Shown here: positions 49,532 through 59,549 of the stretch, piece by piece
Layout: each line of letters opens with the position of its first letter
How positions within the stretch are numbered: position 1 is the stretch's first letter
NCBI GenBank assembly: GCA_963977015.1
Contig: CAXBMO010000001.1
Location: forward strand, 480,001 to 544,000
From: an uncultured bacterium
GTDB lineage: Bacteria; Verrucomicrobiota; Verrucomicrobiia; Verrucomicrobiales; DEV007
Length of the DNA: 64,000 bases
Reading direction: 5' to 3'
The notes under the pieces: generated by a model
Databases searched by the model: none
What the model saw: only the letters and a program-made list of their open reading frames with translations
What the model was told of the DNA's origin: nothing
Made by a program: the position numbers and the translations under genes

Positions 49532-49723
49532 TTAATCCGTTTCGCTCCCCAGTAGCAGAGGCGCCGCCGCATTGAGGATTTCCACAGCGGACATCTTCAG
49601 CTCGTCTTCAATTTCTTGAAGGCGCACCTTGTCCGACTCCTCGCTGAATTGAATCTGAACGTATTCAAGGATCAGCATTTTCCGCTTCCCGCTCTCTTCG
49701 GTATCTCTGTTCTCGTCGCTCAA
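49532..49723 (-). CDS. Small acidic hypothetical protein
   Basis: 63 aa helical-looking ORF in an otherwise empty gap; TTG start. Confidence 0.4.
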   Translation of the reverse strand: MSDENRDTEESGKRKMLILEYVQIQFSEESDKVRLQEIEDELKMSAVEILNAAAPLLLGSETD

Positions 49724-49926
49724 TTGAATGAAGGGTTACGGTTTTCGATCCTCCCACGTGATCACCGGCAATGATTTCACATTTGAGTCCGTTCAGCGAT
49801 TCTGAAATGTCGTTCCATTCGTGAAACTCGCGAAAAGGCAACTCGACGATTTGATCAAAAGCGACTTTTGACTTCCGGGACAGTTTTGGGCTTGTTGGTA
49901 CGTTTCATGCACGAAGGGCTTCCATC

Positions 49927-50703
49927 ATGAATATCGAAGGCATCCTCATCGACCTCGACGGCGTGCTCTACGTCGGCGACCAGGCGATTCCTGGAGCGGA
50001 CGAAGCTCTGGCACAGATTCGCGACGCGGGGATCAAAATGCGCTTTCTCACCAATACCACCACTCGCACTGCCGCCTCCGTGATCGAGAAACTCGAACGG
50101 CTGGGGTTCGAGATCGCTTCGGAGGAAGTTTTCACGGCGGTAACCGCCACCAGGCTCTTTCTGCAATTCCAAGCCAAACCTGCCACGATTCATCTTTTGG
50201 TTCGCGATTCGGTTCGGCCGGAATTTGAGGCTTTTCCCCAGGACCAAACCCCGGCGGATTTCGTGATCGTGGGCGACATCGGTGCCGCATGGAGCTATGA
50301 ACTGATGAACGACGCCTTCCGGCACCTCCTGGCTGGCGCTGAGCTGATTGCGATGCACAAGAACCGCTTCTTTCAGGACGAAACGGGTCTGACACTCGAC
50401 ATTGGAGCCTTCGTTGCCGGGCTCGAATACGCCTCGGGTCATGAGGCGCGAATCATTGGCAAACCTTCGGCCCAGTTCTTTGGGTTGGCGCTCGATTCGC
50501 TGGCATTGCCCGCAGACAAGGTGGCTATGTTAGGCGACGATATTGAAACCGACATCGGCGGTGGCCAAGCGGCGGGATTGACCGGAATTCTCGTCAAGAC
50601 CGGGAAATATCGCGAGGAATACGTCGCCGAAAGCGGAATCCAGCCAGACTCCACGATCGAATCCATCGCCGAGTTGCCCACCTTGCTTTCCCAAAATGGA
50701 TAG
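49927..50703 (+). CDS. HAD-IIA hydrolase, LHPP/HDHD2-like
   Basis: DLDGVL, TNTT, HKNRFF, GKPS, GDDIETDIGG, VKTGKY. Confidence 0.88.
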   Translation: MNIEGILIDLDGVLYVGDQAIPGADEALAQIRDAGIKMRFLTNTTTRTAASVIEKLERLGFEIASEEVFTAVTATRLFLQFQAKPATIHLLVRDSVRPEFEAFPQDQTPADFVIVGDIGAAWSYELMNDAFRHLLAGAELIAMHKNRFFQDETGLTLDIGAFVAGLEYASGHEARIIGKPSAQFFGLALDSLALPADKVAMLGDDIETDIGGGQAAGLTGILVKTGKYREEYVAESGIQPDSTIESIAELPTLLSQNG

Positions 50704-50811
50704 TCTATCGAACCCGGCGCAAGCACGGCACCCTGCGAAGAGCAATGGTCCGTTGCCGTTCGTGAGCGCTTCGGGGGTGGCCACGTGCGTGAGCCTGACT
50801 CACGAACCCTC

Positions 50812-51483
50812 TTAAGCCTGGTCTTCGGGACTGCCGCCCTCTTCCTTCACGATTTCATCCATCGGCTTGTCGAGGTCTTCGACCCATTCGCCTTTCTGCA
50901 TTCTTCGCATGGCGCGGATCTTGCGCGAATAGGACTTGGAGCAACTCTGAATTCCCGCAGCGGAGAATTGAACGCGTGAAGTGCTACTTCTTTCGATGCT
51001 CATTTGCGAGGCCGTGGCGATGGCATCCTGATTGGCACCCAGGAAAAGGAACTCCCAATCGTGATTCTCCCGGCAATCCCGAATTTTCGCGGAGATCTTT
51101 TTCCAGTCGAAATCAATGGAGCTGTTTTCGTAACCATCGGTGAAAATGGCGACGACCACTTTGGCCGGGGACAGACCAATCGGTTGATCCTTGAGCTGTT
51201 TTTGCAGTTGATCGATGGTGCGGCCCACGGCATCCAGCAAAGCGGTTGAACCGCGCGCCGTGTAGGTGTTGGCATCCAGGTCGGGCACCTCTTTGATGGG
51301 AAGGTTCTCGTAAGGCACTTCATATTGATCATCGAACAAGACGAGAGTCAGGCTGGCGTCATCTCCTTCCGCCTTTTGTTCGCGGACGAATTCATTGAAG
51401 CTGGCGATGGCGCTTTCGGCAAGGTGTTGCATGGATCCGGAACGATCCAGGACGTAGGCGATCTGGGTTTGTTGGTTTTTCAT
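50812..51483 (-). CDS. Stand-alone vWA domain protein
   Basis: MIDAS DRSGSM, GSTALLDA, TDGYENSS, WEFLFLGANQDA. Confidence 0.85.
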   Translation of the reverse strand: MKNQQTQIAYVLDRSGSMQHLAESAIASFNEFVREQKAEGDDASLTLVLFDDQYEVPYENLPIKEVPDLDANTYTARGSTALLDAVGRTIDQLQKQLKDQPIGLSPAKVVVAIFTDGYENSSIDFDWKKISAKIRDCRENHDWEFLFLGANQDAIATASQMSIERSSTSRVQFSAAGIQSCSKSYSRKIRAMRRMQKGEWVEDLDKPMDEIVKEEGGSPEDQA

Positions 51484-51870
51484 GGTGATTGCTGTTTTGG
51501 GGTTTGAGGAGGTTTGAAATGCGGTTGAGTTCGTGCCCACCTGATGGGGAAGCGATGCCCGAAGGCGCCTCATGGAAAAAGGCAAAACTCCTTTGATCAG
51601 CCAGACTGGCAAACCCGCCACATTACAGACCGCTGAGACCACGACGCTGCCGCCGGTCTCGCGGTTATCCTAAAAGTAGACGCGCTCGTGGGATAAATCT
51701 TCAATCAGCTTGGCCCATGGTGAGAGGCTTGGTCACTGCAACCCGGTTGCCAGGAGCCATGGCGAGTCGCTTCCAGCGCCCTGCGGGCTGGAGTCGATCT
51801 CTGCAAGAATTGAAGCAATGGAGGCGGAGAGGAGAGCTGAGCAAACCTTCGCGCCTTGGTTTGATCGCTT

Positions 51871-53187
51871 CTATTGTTGAACGGCAGCGCCCTTCTTTTC
51901 CGCCACATGCGCCTCCAATGCCTGCTGAAAACGCTCCCGAATTGGGCCGGAAGTATGCCCCATTTTCGGTTCATTGATCATGCGCTTCGGTCCGGGCAAC
52001 GCGTTGAATGCGGCGTAAACACTGGTCGGAGGACAGGTGCGGTCGATGAAGCCAACGCTCAAAATCGCGTCAGCCTTGCAGCGCGTGGCGAAGTTTACGG
52101 CGTCGATGTATCGACTCGCTTCGAGCGCCGCAGGCTCCGGTTGGCCGTTCTCAAGCAGGGGCACGATCTTTGGCCAACCGCTGATCCGGTTCGCTTTCAT
52201 CCCGCTGTGGTCGCAACCCGCCGGAACGCCGGACGCGATGAACGTCACCCGTTCGTCAACGCCGCCTGCGGCCAGTGCCTGAAGTCCGCCTTGACTGTGG
52301 CCCACCACCGCCATGACCGTGCCGTCCCATTCCGGCCGTGAGGTGAGGAAATCGATCGCGCGAATCAGCCTGACAATCATCCCACGGAAATAGATGCTGT
52401 CCCGGCTCTCGCGACCGTCGTGACGATAAGTTCTCAACGCGCCAGCCGCCAATTCCTTGTAGAACTCAGCAGATTGGCCATTGGGAATGCCGTGCGCATT
52501 GATATCCATTGAGAGAAACCCCATCCGTGCGCCATGGGTCGCGGTCGGCAAGCTTGAACTCCTCACGCCAGCTCCGTGGACCCAAAGAACGGCGGGGAGC
52601 GATTTCGGCGCCGCATCTCGTGGTTTCGCAAAGTAGCCCGAAACCGGAGGACCGTCCGTTTCGCATTGAATGTTGATATCGACCGCCTCGATCCCGTGAT
52701 CGGCGTCCGGGAGCACGACCGGTTCGGCCGTGAACGTTGCCGGCGATTTCGCCAGCTGGGCTTTTTGCGCGAGCCAGAATTCATCGAAATCCTCGGGAAC
52801 GGGTAGGCTCATCGGAATTTTGGTTGGCGAGACTCCTGCGCCCCCGTAGGCCGTGACCTTCTTTTCGTCCGGCCCCTCAAAAGTTGCCTTTACCAGGAGG
52901 AAGCCGGGTTGATTCAGTTTCCCTTTCACGACCACATACTTCTCGCCGTCCAGACTGCGCTCGCCTTGATCCAACGTTTCGTGCCCATCGAGGCTCAATG
53001 TCCAATGGATCTTGCCCCAATCGAGTTGTTTCTCACCGTCACGCGCCGTAATCGTGAAGGTGATCTCATCATTCTCACGATACAGGGCATCCTTTCGATC
53101 GGTTGAGACTTGAACGGTGATGGAGGCGAAGCAATTCGCGACTCCGCAGATGAAGGCGATGAACGTAAGAAGGGGACTTTTTTTCAT
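51871..53187 (-). CDS. Acetylxylan esterase (CE7-like), secreted
   Basis: Signal peptide, PEDFDEFW, HGAG, GHSQGG, GFIDRTCPP, MGH. Confidence 0.85.
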   Translation of the reverse strand: MKKSPLLTFIAFICGVANCFASITVQVSTDRKDALYRENDEITFTITARDGEKQLDWGKIHWTLSLDGHETLDQGERSLDGEKYVVVKGKLNQPGFLLVKATFEGPDEKKVTAYGGAGVSPTKIPMSLPVPEDFDEFWLAQKAQLAKSPATFTAEPVVLPDADHGIEAVDINIQCETDGPPVSGYFAKPRDAAPKSLPAVLWVHGAGVRSSSLPTATHGARMGFLSMDINAHGIPNGQSAEFYKELAAGALRTYRHDGRESRDSIYFRGMIVRLIRAIDFLTSRPEWDGTVMAVVGHSQGGLQALAAGGVDERVTFIASGVPAGCDHSGMKANRISGWPKIVPLLENGQPEPAALEASRYIDAVNFATRCKADAILSVGFIDRTCPPTSVYAAFNALPGPKRMINEPKMGHTSGPIRERFQQALEAHVAEKKGAAVQQ

Positions 53188-53312
53188 GGAAAGACAGGGG
53201 CGATTTTTCGTGACACTACACTTCTGGAAGGACAGTTCACGCGGAATCCAGGGGCCATTCTTTAATCCCTCTTTCACCTTTTCAACACCTCTCAAGCTGC
53301 AATACTGGATTC

Positions 53313-54482
53313 ATGAATGCTACGTCCCTCACGTGTGCCGTTTTGCTTACGGTTGGCGCCTTCGGAGTCAAAGCCCAGAACACCAACCAACCTGCCGATC
53401 CCGCTCATCCTCCGATGCAGCTTTACTACATAGAGGACGAACAAGCCCAGATGCCGGTGTTCGCCATCCGTGGCCCTGTCGGTTGGAACCTCGAATCCCA
53501 GGTCCAGTGGAACTTCAACAACAACGTTGTGCCATGCATCGCCGGAGCGGCGCTTACTGATCCGCAGGAAACGAAGCGGTTGCAGTTCTTTCCCGAGCTC
53601 ACCTGCTATTGGCTCACCGGCGACGCCGCCCTCAACAGGCCCGGCCAGATGAACATGGGCATGCTCAATGTCGCGCCAATGGAGCCGAAGACCGCCCTTG
53701 TTGAAGCCGTCACCAAAATCTATCAACCCAACGTTCCGGGATTCAGGATCACCGGCGTCCGAATTGTTCCCGGCCTCCCCGCGATACTCGGCCAGGCCGG
53801 TCCCAATGTCACCGGCATCGGACTGCGTGCGGAATTCCCTTGGGAAGGCAAACAGATGGAGGAAGAAATTTACGCTCTCCACGCCATCGGGTCGGCCACC
53901 ATGCGCGGCGAGGCCGGAGTCACCACCCAGACCACCTGGGGACTCACCAGCGTCCACGCATTCATCACCGAGGCCGGAAAAATGGACCAAAGCCGCAGCA
54001 TGTTCACCTACATGGTCCGCTCCGGCACCGCGAATCCCGCCTGGGTCCAACTACACCAAAACGTTAAGCAACAGCTGGATCAGCAATTCCGCCAGAACCT
54101 CATCGACAACCGTCGCGCCCGCGAAGCGATCATGGCGCAGAGTCGCGCTCTCGCCGCCCGCAACGAAGCCTTCCGCGCCAACATCATGGAGCGCCACCGC
54201 GCAGCGATGGACACCACCGCCCACAAGAGCTTCATCGCCGGTATCCACGGCGGCGGGTCCTCCTCATCCGGCGGCATGTCGTCCCATGAGAAATATATCG
54301 ACGCCATCCACGATCGCGAGACGTTCCACGACTCCTCGACCGTCACAGGCACCTCCCAACACGGTTACGCCGATCACCATTGGTCAGATGGCTGGGGGAA
54401 CTATATCCACACCGACAATCCCAACGTCGACCCGAACATCGGTTCCTCCGTCCAGTGGCAGCAGTTGACGCCGGTGCAATAG
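53313..54482 (+). CDS. Secreted hypothetical protein
   Basis: Signal peptide ending VKA, helical Gln/Arg segment, His/Trp-rich C-terminus. Confidence 0.75.
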   Translation: MNATSLTCAVLLTVGAFGVKAQNTNQPADPAHPPMQLYYIEDEQAQMPVFAIRGPVGWNLESQVQWNFNNNVVPCIAGAALTDPQETKRLQFFPELTCYWLTGDAALNRPGQMNMGMLNVAPMEPKTALVEAVTKIYQPNVPGFRITGVRIVPGLPAILGQAGPNVTGIGLRAEFPWEGKQMEEEIYALHAIGSATMRGEAGVTTQTTWGLTSVHAFITEAGKMDQSRSMFTYMVRSGTANPAWVQLHQNVKQQLDQQFRQNLIDNRRAREAIMAQSRALAARNEAFRANIMERHRAAMDTTAHKSFIAGIHGGGSSSSGGMSSHEKYIDAIHDRETFHDSSTVTGTSQHGYADHHWSDGWGNYIHTDNPNVDPNIGSSVQWQQLTPVQ

Positions 54483-54530
54483 AAAACGCCCCCACTTACC
54501 ATGTCGCAATCGGGAGGGGCAAAAAACCCT

Positions 54531-55394
54531 TCAGAAGGGCGAAGTCAGGATGCAGAAGACCGGTTCGTGATCCGAGGGGTATCGACCGTCCTTCCCCCGA
54601 TAGCGGTCGATGCCGGCGCTGAGGATGGTCCAATGATCGGAGCACAAGACCCAGTCGATGCGCGCGTTGCCCGGTCTCAGTCCAAAGCCGGTGAAGGTGA
54701 TTTCGTTGGGTAAATCTTGGTTCGGGTTCGCCGTCCTGAAGGTGTCTTGATAGCCCTCGTTCGGATCCGTCAGCGTGGTGTAAGGGGCGCTACCTTCGCC
54801 GCAGTTGAAGTCTCCCGTGATCACGACGGGAGTCTCACCGGCGATGGTCGCCAGTTGGCTGCGAATAAGCTTTGCCGATTCGGCGCGGGCGACGGAGCCC
54901 TTGTGATCGAAATGCGTGTTGGCGTAAAGAAGCTGTTTGCCGCTCGCCTTGGATCGCAACTTCACCCAGCTGGCGATTCGCGGGAGGCTGGAATCCCAAC
55001 TGATCGAACCGACTTCGTCTGGTTTCTCGCTCAACCAGAACGTTCCCTCGTCGACGTTCTCGAACCGATCGCGACGAAAAAAAATCGCGCAGCTTTCCCC
55101 GCCGGGGCCCGGTGTTCTCGAAACGGAATAGACCGCGTATTCCGGCAGCTTCTCGGCCAGGTATTCGACCTGGAAGTCGATCGCTTCCTGGAGCCCCAAC
55201 AGGTCGGGTGCACGCTGTTGAATCGTCTCGATCACGATATCACGGCGATGCGGCCATGCGTTGTCCCCGTCTTTCGCCGTTCCATAGCGGATGTTGAACG
55301 ACATCACGGAAATCTCTTCAAAATTGACATTGGCAGCAAACGCATTCGTTAGGGCTGACAGGCACAGGGTGAGGGAGAGCAGGAGGGATTTCAT
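54531..55394 (-). CDS. Endonuclease/exonuclease/phosphatase family protein, secreted
   Basis: MSFNIRY, GLQE, NTHFDH, GDFN, RIDW, PSDH. Confidence 0.9.
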   Translation of the reverse strand: MKSLLLSLTLCLSALTNAFAANVNFEEISVMSFNIRYGTAKDGDNAWPHRRDIVIETIQQRAPDLLGLQEAIDFQVEYLAEKLPEYAVYSVSRTPGPGGESCAIFFRRDRFENVDEGTFWLSEKPDEVGSISWDSSLPRIASWVKLRSKASGKQLLYANTHFDHKGSVARAESAKLIRSQLATIAGETPVVITGDFNCGEGSAPYTTLTDPNEGYQDTFRTANPNQDLPNEITFTGFGLRPGNARIDWVLCSDHWTILSAGIDRYRGKDGRYPSDHEPVFCILTSPF

Positions 55395-55460
55395 GAGAGG
55401 CAAAGAAAATGGGAGAAAGGGACGAGGCAAAGTGGGGAACGCTTTGTCGAGAAGAACGCG

Positions 55461-56375
55461 TCAACGCCATTCCAGAGAACGCTTCTCGCCGTGTTGGGGA
55501 TGATCCGGGTTGAGCGCGACGAGTTCGAAGTGTCCCCCGGTCGTTGAAAAGGTCGCGCGGACCCAGCCGTTGGGACGGGAGTCGTCAAAGACGTAGGCGG
55601 TTGGCGGGAGATTGACGTGGTGGATGCCGTCCTTGCCGGTTGAAGTTTCCCAGCGGTGGCTGTGCCCGTAGACGTAGGCCTTGGCGGCTTTTCGTGGTGC
55701 GAGGGTTTGAAGCAGATCCTCGGTGTCGATCAGTCCGGTGATCCGGGGAGGTTTCTCGTCTGGCGCGGAACTCTTGGTCACTGGTTGGGGGTAGTGGTGG
55801 CCGACGAGGAGGGACGGCTTGCCGGGATTGCGATCGAGGTGCGCAGCGATCCAGGAAATTTGCTCGGCGCCGATTTCCCCTTCGACCTTGTTCACGAATC
55901 GGAGCGAGTCGAGCAGGACGAGATTCACGGCCGGAGTTTCGATGATGGTGCAGTGCTTGCCATCTACCGGTGAGTCGCTGACCTGGGTGAGCGTTTTGGA
56001 GAGAACGTCGCGGTCGTCGTGGTTGCCGAGCGTCAGGTGAATGGGGAGCCCGGCCTCGCGAAGGGGCTCGAGTATTCCAAACAAGGTCTCGTAGTCACCC
56101 GGTTGGCCGTTGTTGTAGGCGCAATCGCCATCGATCACCACGCCGGAAAGCGTGTCCTTTTCCGCGACGACCTGCTCGACAACTTTGGCGAGGTTGCCCG
56201 CCATGTTCGCTCCACGGGCCTCGTGCTTCGCATCCGCGGCAATATGGGTGTCGGCCAGGAGCGCCCAGGTTTCCGAGGCGTCGGGACTCGACGCACGAGC
56301 GGCAGGGGTGAGCAGGAGGGCCGAGGTGCCTTGGAAAAATCGGCGGCGGGAAAGGTTGTCGAGGTGAAAGGGCAT
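55461..56375 (-). CDS. Tat-exported calcineurin-like metallophosphoesterase
   Basis: SRRRFF Tat motif; DTH, GD, GNHD, HH, GHSH. Confidence 0.87.
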   Translation of the reverse strand: MPFHLDNLSRRRFFQGTSALLLTPAARASSPDASETWALLADTHIAADAKHEARGANMAGNLAKVVEQVVAEKDTLSGVVIDGDCAYNNGQPGDYETLFGILEPLREAGLPIHLTLGNHDDRDVLSKTLTQVSDSPVDGKHCTIIETPAVNLVLLDSLRFVNKVEGEIGAEQISWIAAHLDRNPGKPSLLVGHHYPQPVTKSSAPDEKPPRITGLIDTEDLLQTLAPRKAAKAYVYGHSHRWETSTGKDGIHHVNLPPTAYVFDDSRPNGWVRATFSTTGGHFELVALNPDHPQHGEKRSLEWR

Positions 56376-56582
56376 GAGAGGCAGGCTGTGTTGCTGTTAT
56401 TGATTCGTGAAGGCCGCAGTGGGCCTCCGTCGCGTTCGTTGCCTATCTCACGGCCCGGTGGAGGCGCGACTATCAGGCTTTCGCTCCTGCCGAAGCCAAG
56501 TAGGAGACGGTGGGTTTGTTCCTCGGAAACGGTTTCCGGTCTTGTTGTCTGGGGAGATTTCGGCATTCTATGCGGTTCACCC

Positions 56583-57449
56583 ATGTTTAGGAACCCCCTG
56601 GAAACCGATCGCCTGTTGCTTCTCGTCCTTCGGCTGGGAACGTTTCTATGCTTCGCGGGCTGGACCTGGGTGCATTTTTATTGGCAGGGACCGTACGGCG
56701 TTCTCCTATGGCAGGAAGCGACCTTCTCGCTGGCCGAGCGCTGGGGCGTCAGTTGGGAGGAGTTCGTCGGCACCGGAGCCAATGACGGGCTCGTGCAGCA
56801 ATGGAGCGGACGAATTGGTTGGCTCTATCTCTTCAGTTGCATTCTCTCTTTCACGGTTCGCCGCACGTCACGTTGGCAGATGGCCGGTCTCTTGGGTGGC
56901 GCGGGGTTGCTCGCGATTCTCGCTTACGCCAAGTTCGTCTCGGCTCAGCGCCAGTTGCCGATGTTGGTCGAACATGGCGGGCAGGTCCTGATGCCAGTCC
57001 TGCTGGTCGTGGGATTGGTCTTCGGTGTGCGGCATCGGGTTACGATCCTTCTTGCGGTGATCGCGCTGATCCTGACCTTCGCGGGCCATGGCGCCTACGC
57101 ACTGGGGTGGCCTTGGCCGACCCCGGCAAATTTTTCCGGGATGACACGGGTGATTCTCGGCGTCGATGCGGGAACGGCGAAGACGCTTCTCGTGGTCGCG
57201 GGGATTCTCGATCTCGTGGTCTGTGTCGGCATTCTCGTTCCCGCCATGCGTCGACCTTGCGCTTTTTATGCCGCGACGTGGGGCCTTTTGACGGCCCTCG
57301 CCCGACCGGTGGCGGGTATGTCGCTGGATCTGAATTACTGGGGAAGCGACCAATACCTGCACGAAGCCGTGCTCCGGGCACCCCATTACCTGATCCCCCT
57401 CTACTTGTTTCTGGTCTGGCGAAAGTCCGAACCGGAAGGGACTGGTTAA
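56583..57449 (+). CDS. Hypothetical polytopic membrane protein
   Basis: About 8 TM; EHGGQ, TFAGHG, TALARP, HEAVLRAPH motifs. Confidence 0.7.
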   Translation: MFRNPLETDRLLLLVLRLGTFLCFAGWTWVHFYWQGPYGVLLWQEATFSLAERWGVSWEEFVGTGANDGLVQQWSGRIGWLYLFSCILSFTVRRTSRWQMAGLLGGAGLLAILAYAKFVSAQRQLPMLVEHGGQVLMPVLLVVGLVFGVRHRVTILLAVIALILTFAGHGAYALGWPWPTPANFSGMTRVILGVDAGTAKTLLVVAGILDLVVCVGILVPAMRRPCAFYAATWGLLTALARPVAGMSLDLNYWGSDQYLHEAVLRAPHYLIPLYLFLVWRKSEPEGTG

Positions 57450-57507
57450 ATCTTTTGAGTGACAGATTCGCAACCCTGCGATAGTACAGATTCCCCTCGA
57501 AAAACCC

Positions 57508-59370
57508 ATGAAACTCCCACGATTTTTCTCGATCTGCTGTGCGGCTCTCATCGCTGCCGGAACCGTTTACGCCCAGCAACCGGACAAAGGTAACGCCAAG
57601 GAAACCCCAAAGAAAAAGAGACGCGCGGTGCTCGCCATTCCCGAGGTCGAGGCGAAAGACCAGATTTGCTTTGCGCTCTACACCGTGCACGATCAGACCC
57701 TGAAGCTGACCGCCCAGCTCTACCCGATCCCCGACGGTGCGCCGCGGGAGGTTCGTTTGGAAATCGAGAAGGACGGCGAATGGAGTGAAGTCGCGAAAAC
57801 CGAAGTGATCGAAAAAGGCTGGACGGCGCCGTTCCGGGTCGATGACTGGGATGATTCCCAGGCTTCCAAGTATCGCGTCGCTCACGGGACCGAAGCATTC
57901 TACGAGGGAACGATTCGCAAGAACCCGGTGGACCAGGAGGAGATCGTCGTGGCGGGCTATACTGGGAACTCCATCCATCCGGCGCACGGCGGCGACATCT
58001 CCCGGCAGGATTTGATCGACAACGTGAAGCGGGTCGATGCCGACGTGCTGTTTTTCTCCGGCGACCAGGTTTACGATCATCACCGGCACTACGCGGCGTG
58101 GTTGAAGTTCGGTCGGGATTTCGGCGAAATCATCAAGGATCGTCCCACGGTTTGCCTGCCGGATGATCACGACGCCGGTCAGCCCAACTTGTGGGGCGAG
58201 AGCGGCAAGGTATCGACGCTTCCGGGCGCTGCGGATGGCGGCTACATTCAGCCCGGCGAATACGTGCAGGAGGTCGAACGCGCCCAAACGAGCCATTTGC
58301 CCGACCCGGTTGATCCTGAGAAAATCGGGCAGGGGATTGGCGTGTATTTCACCAATCTGAACTGGGGCGGCATCGACTTCGCCGTCCTCGAGGATCGCAA
58401 GTTCAAGACCGGTCCGGCCGGTCGCGTTCCCAAGCAGGGGCCGCGTCCTGACCATATCCGAAATCCCGAATACGATCCCGCCAGCGTTGATGTCGAGGGA
58501 GCAATTCTCCTCGGCGAACGCCAGCTGGCATTCCTCGATGAGTGGACTCAGGACTGGAGCGATGCGGAGATGAAGATGGCGCTCTCCGCGACGATTTTCT
58601 GTGGCGGCGCTCACATCCACGGGAATGCCGATGGCCGGCTCCACGCCGACATGGATTCCAACGGCTGGCCGCAGACGGGCAGAAACCGGGCGCTCGCTGC
58701 GCTGCGGAAGGGATTCGCCTTTCACTATGCTGGAGACCAGCACCTCGCCACGATCTTTCACCACGGCATCGACGAGCATCGCGACGCGATCTGGTCGTTC
58801 TGCGTGCCGTCCATCGCCAATCTCTACCTTCGTTGGTGGGAACCGCTCGAGCCCGGTGCCAACCGCGAGGACGGGGCGCCCGCATACACTGGCGATCATC
58901 TCGATGGATTCGCCAACAAGGTGACCAACTATGCCGCGGCCAACCCGGAGAAAAAGCCGGCGGGGAACCTGCTCAACACCCGGGCCGCAGGCTGGGGACT
59001 GGTGCGGCTCAACAAGGAGACTCGCGAGATCACGATGGAGTGCTGGCCGCGCAACGTCGATATTACCGATCCTTCCGCCGAGCAGTATCCCGGTTGGCCA
59101 CTGACGATTTCGCAGTTCGACAACTACAATCCTCCGTCTTGGGGAAAACTCGGTGAGCTGACTTTCGACGTTGAGGATCCGGTGGTGCAGCTGGCCGATG
59201 CCGACAGCGGCGAGATCCTCTACACGGTCCGCGTCAACGGGAAGTCCTTCACCCCCGGCGCGCCGGAAGGAAAGACGTTTGTCGTCAAAGCCGGGGTGGA
59301 TGCTCCCGACACCGTCGTTTCAAAGGGAATCAAAACGGGGAGCGAGCCGATCTCGGTCACTTTGAACTAA
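57508..59370 (+). CDS. PhoD-like metallophosphatase domain protein, secreted
   Basis: Signal peptide; SGDQVY, PDDHD, EDRKFK, LGERQLAFL, DSNGWP, GDQH. Confidence 0.75.
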   Translation: MKLPRFFSICCAALIAAGTVYAQQPDKGNAKETPKKKRRAVLAIPEVEAKDQICFALYTVHDQTLKLTAQLYPIPDGAPREVRLEIEKDGEWSEVAKTEVIEKGWTAPFRVDDWDDSQASKYRVAHGTEAFYEGTIRKNPVDQEEIVVAGYTGNSIHPAHGGDISRQDLIDNVKRVDADVLFFSGDQVYDHHRHYAAWLKFGRDFGEIIKDRPTVCLPDDHDAGQPNLWGESGKVSTLPGAADGGYIQPGEYVQEVERAQTSHLPDPVDPEKIGQGIGVYFTNLNWGGIDFAVLEDRKFKTGPAGRVPKQGPRPDHIRNPEYDPASVDVEGAILLGERQLAFLDEWTQDWSDAEMKMALSATIFCGGAHIHGNADGRLHADMDSNGWPQTGRNRALAALRKGFAFHYAGDQHLATIFHHGIDEHRDAIWSFCVPSIANLYLRWWEPLEPGANREDGAPAYTGDHLDGFANKVTNYAAANPEKKPAGNLLNTRAAGWGLVRLNKETREITMECWPRNVDITDPSAEQYPGWPLTISQFDNYNPPSWGKLGELTFDVEDPVVQLADADSGEILYTVRVNGKSFTPGAPEGKTFVVKAGVDAPDTVVSKGIKTGSEPISVTLN

Positions 59371-59549
59371 CCGGACCAGAGCGCGGATCAGGCGAGCGGT
59401 GAGGCGGCGCCGGGCATCCCTTCGGCATTGGCTCGCGCCATGTTGTGGCCATGACCCGGCGCACTCCGAACATCCCCCGCGAAAGAAGCTGGCTGCGCAG
59501 CTTTACCAGGAAGATCGAGAAAGATTTTCGATCGATGGGAAGATAAGAC

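Noticed and set aside
51578-51625. GGCAAA motifs resembling a c-di-GMP-I riboswitch
   Set aside because: No GAAA tetraloop stem or GACGCAAA follows, and they are on the wrong strand for the vWA gene.
51665-51696. TTATC...GATAA pairing resembling SAM-I riboswitch P1
   Set aside because: Only about 19 nt are enclosed, far too short for the P2-P4 core.
56423-56470. Crossing 6 bp complementarities suggesting a pseudoknot
   Set aside because: Short GC-rich matches with no linkers; likely chance.
56019-56582. N-terminal extension of the 476 aa ORF
   Set aside because: Antisense to the Tat phosphoesterase; the membrane protein starts plausibly at 56583.
57040-58899. 619 aa minus-strand ORF
   Set aside because: Antisense shadow of the PhoD-like and membrane protein genes.
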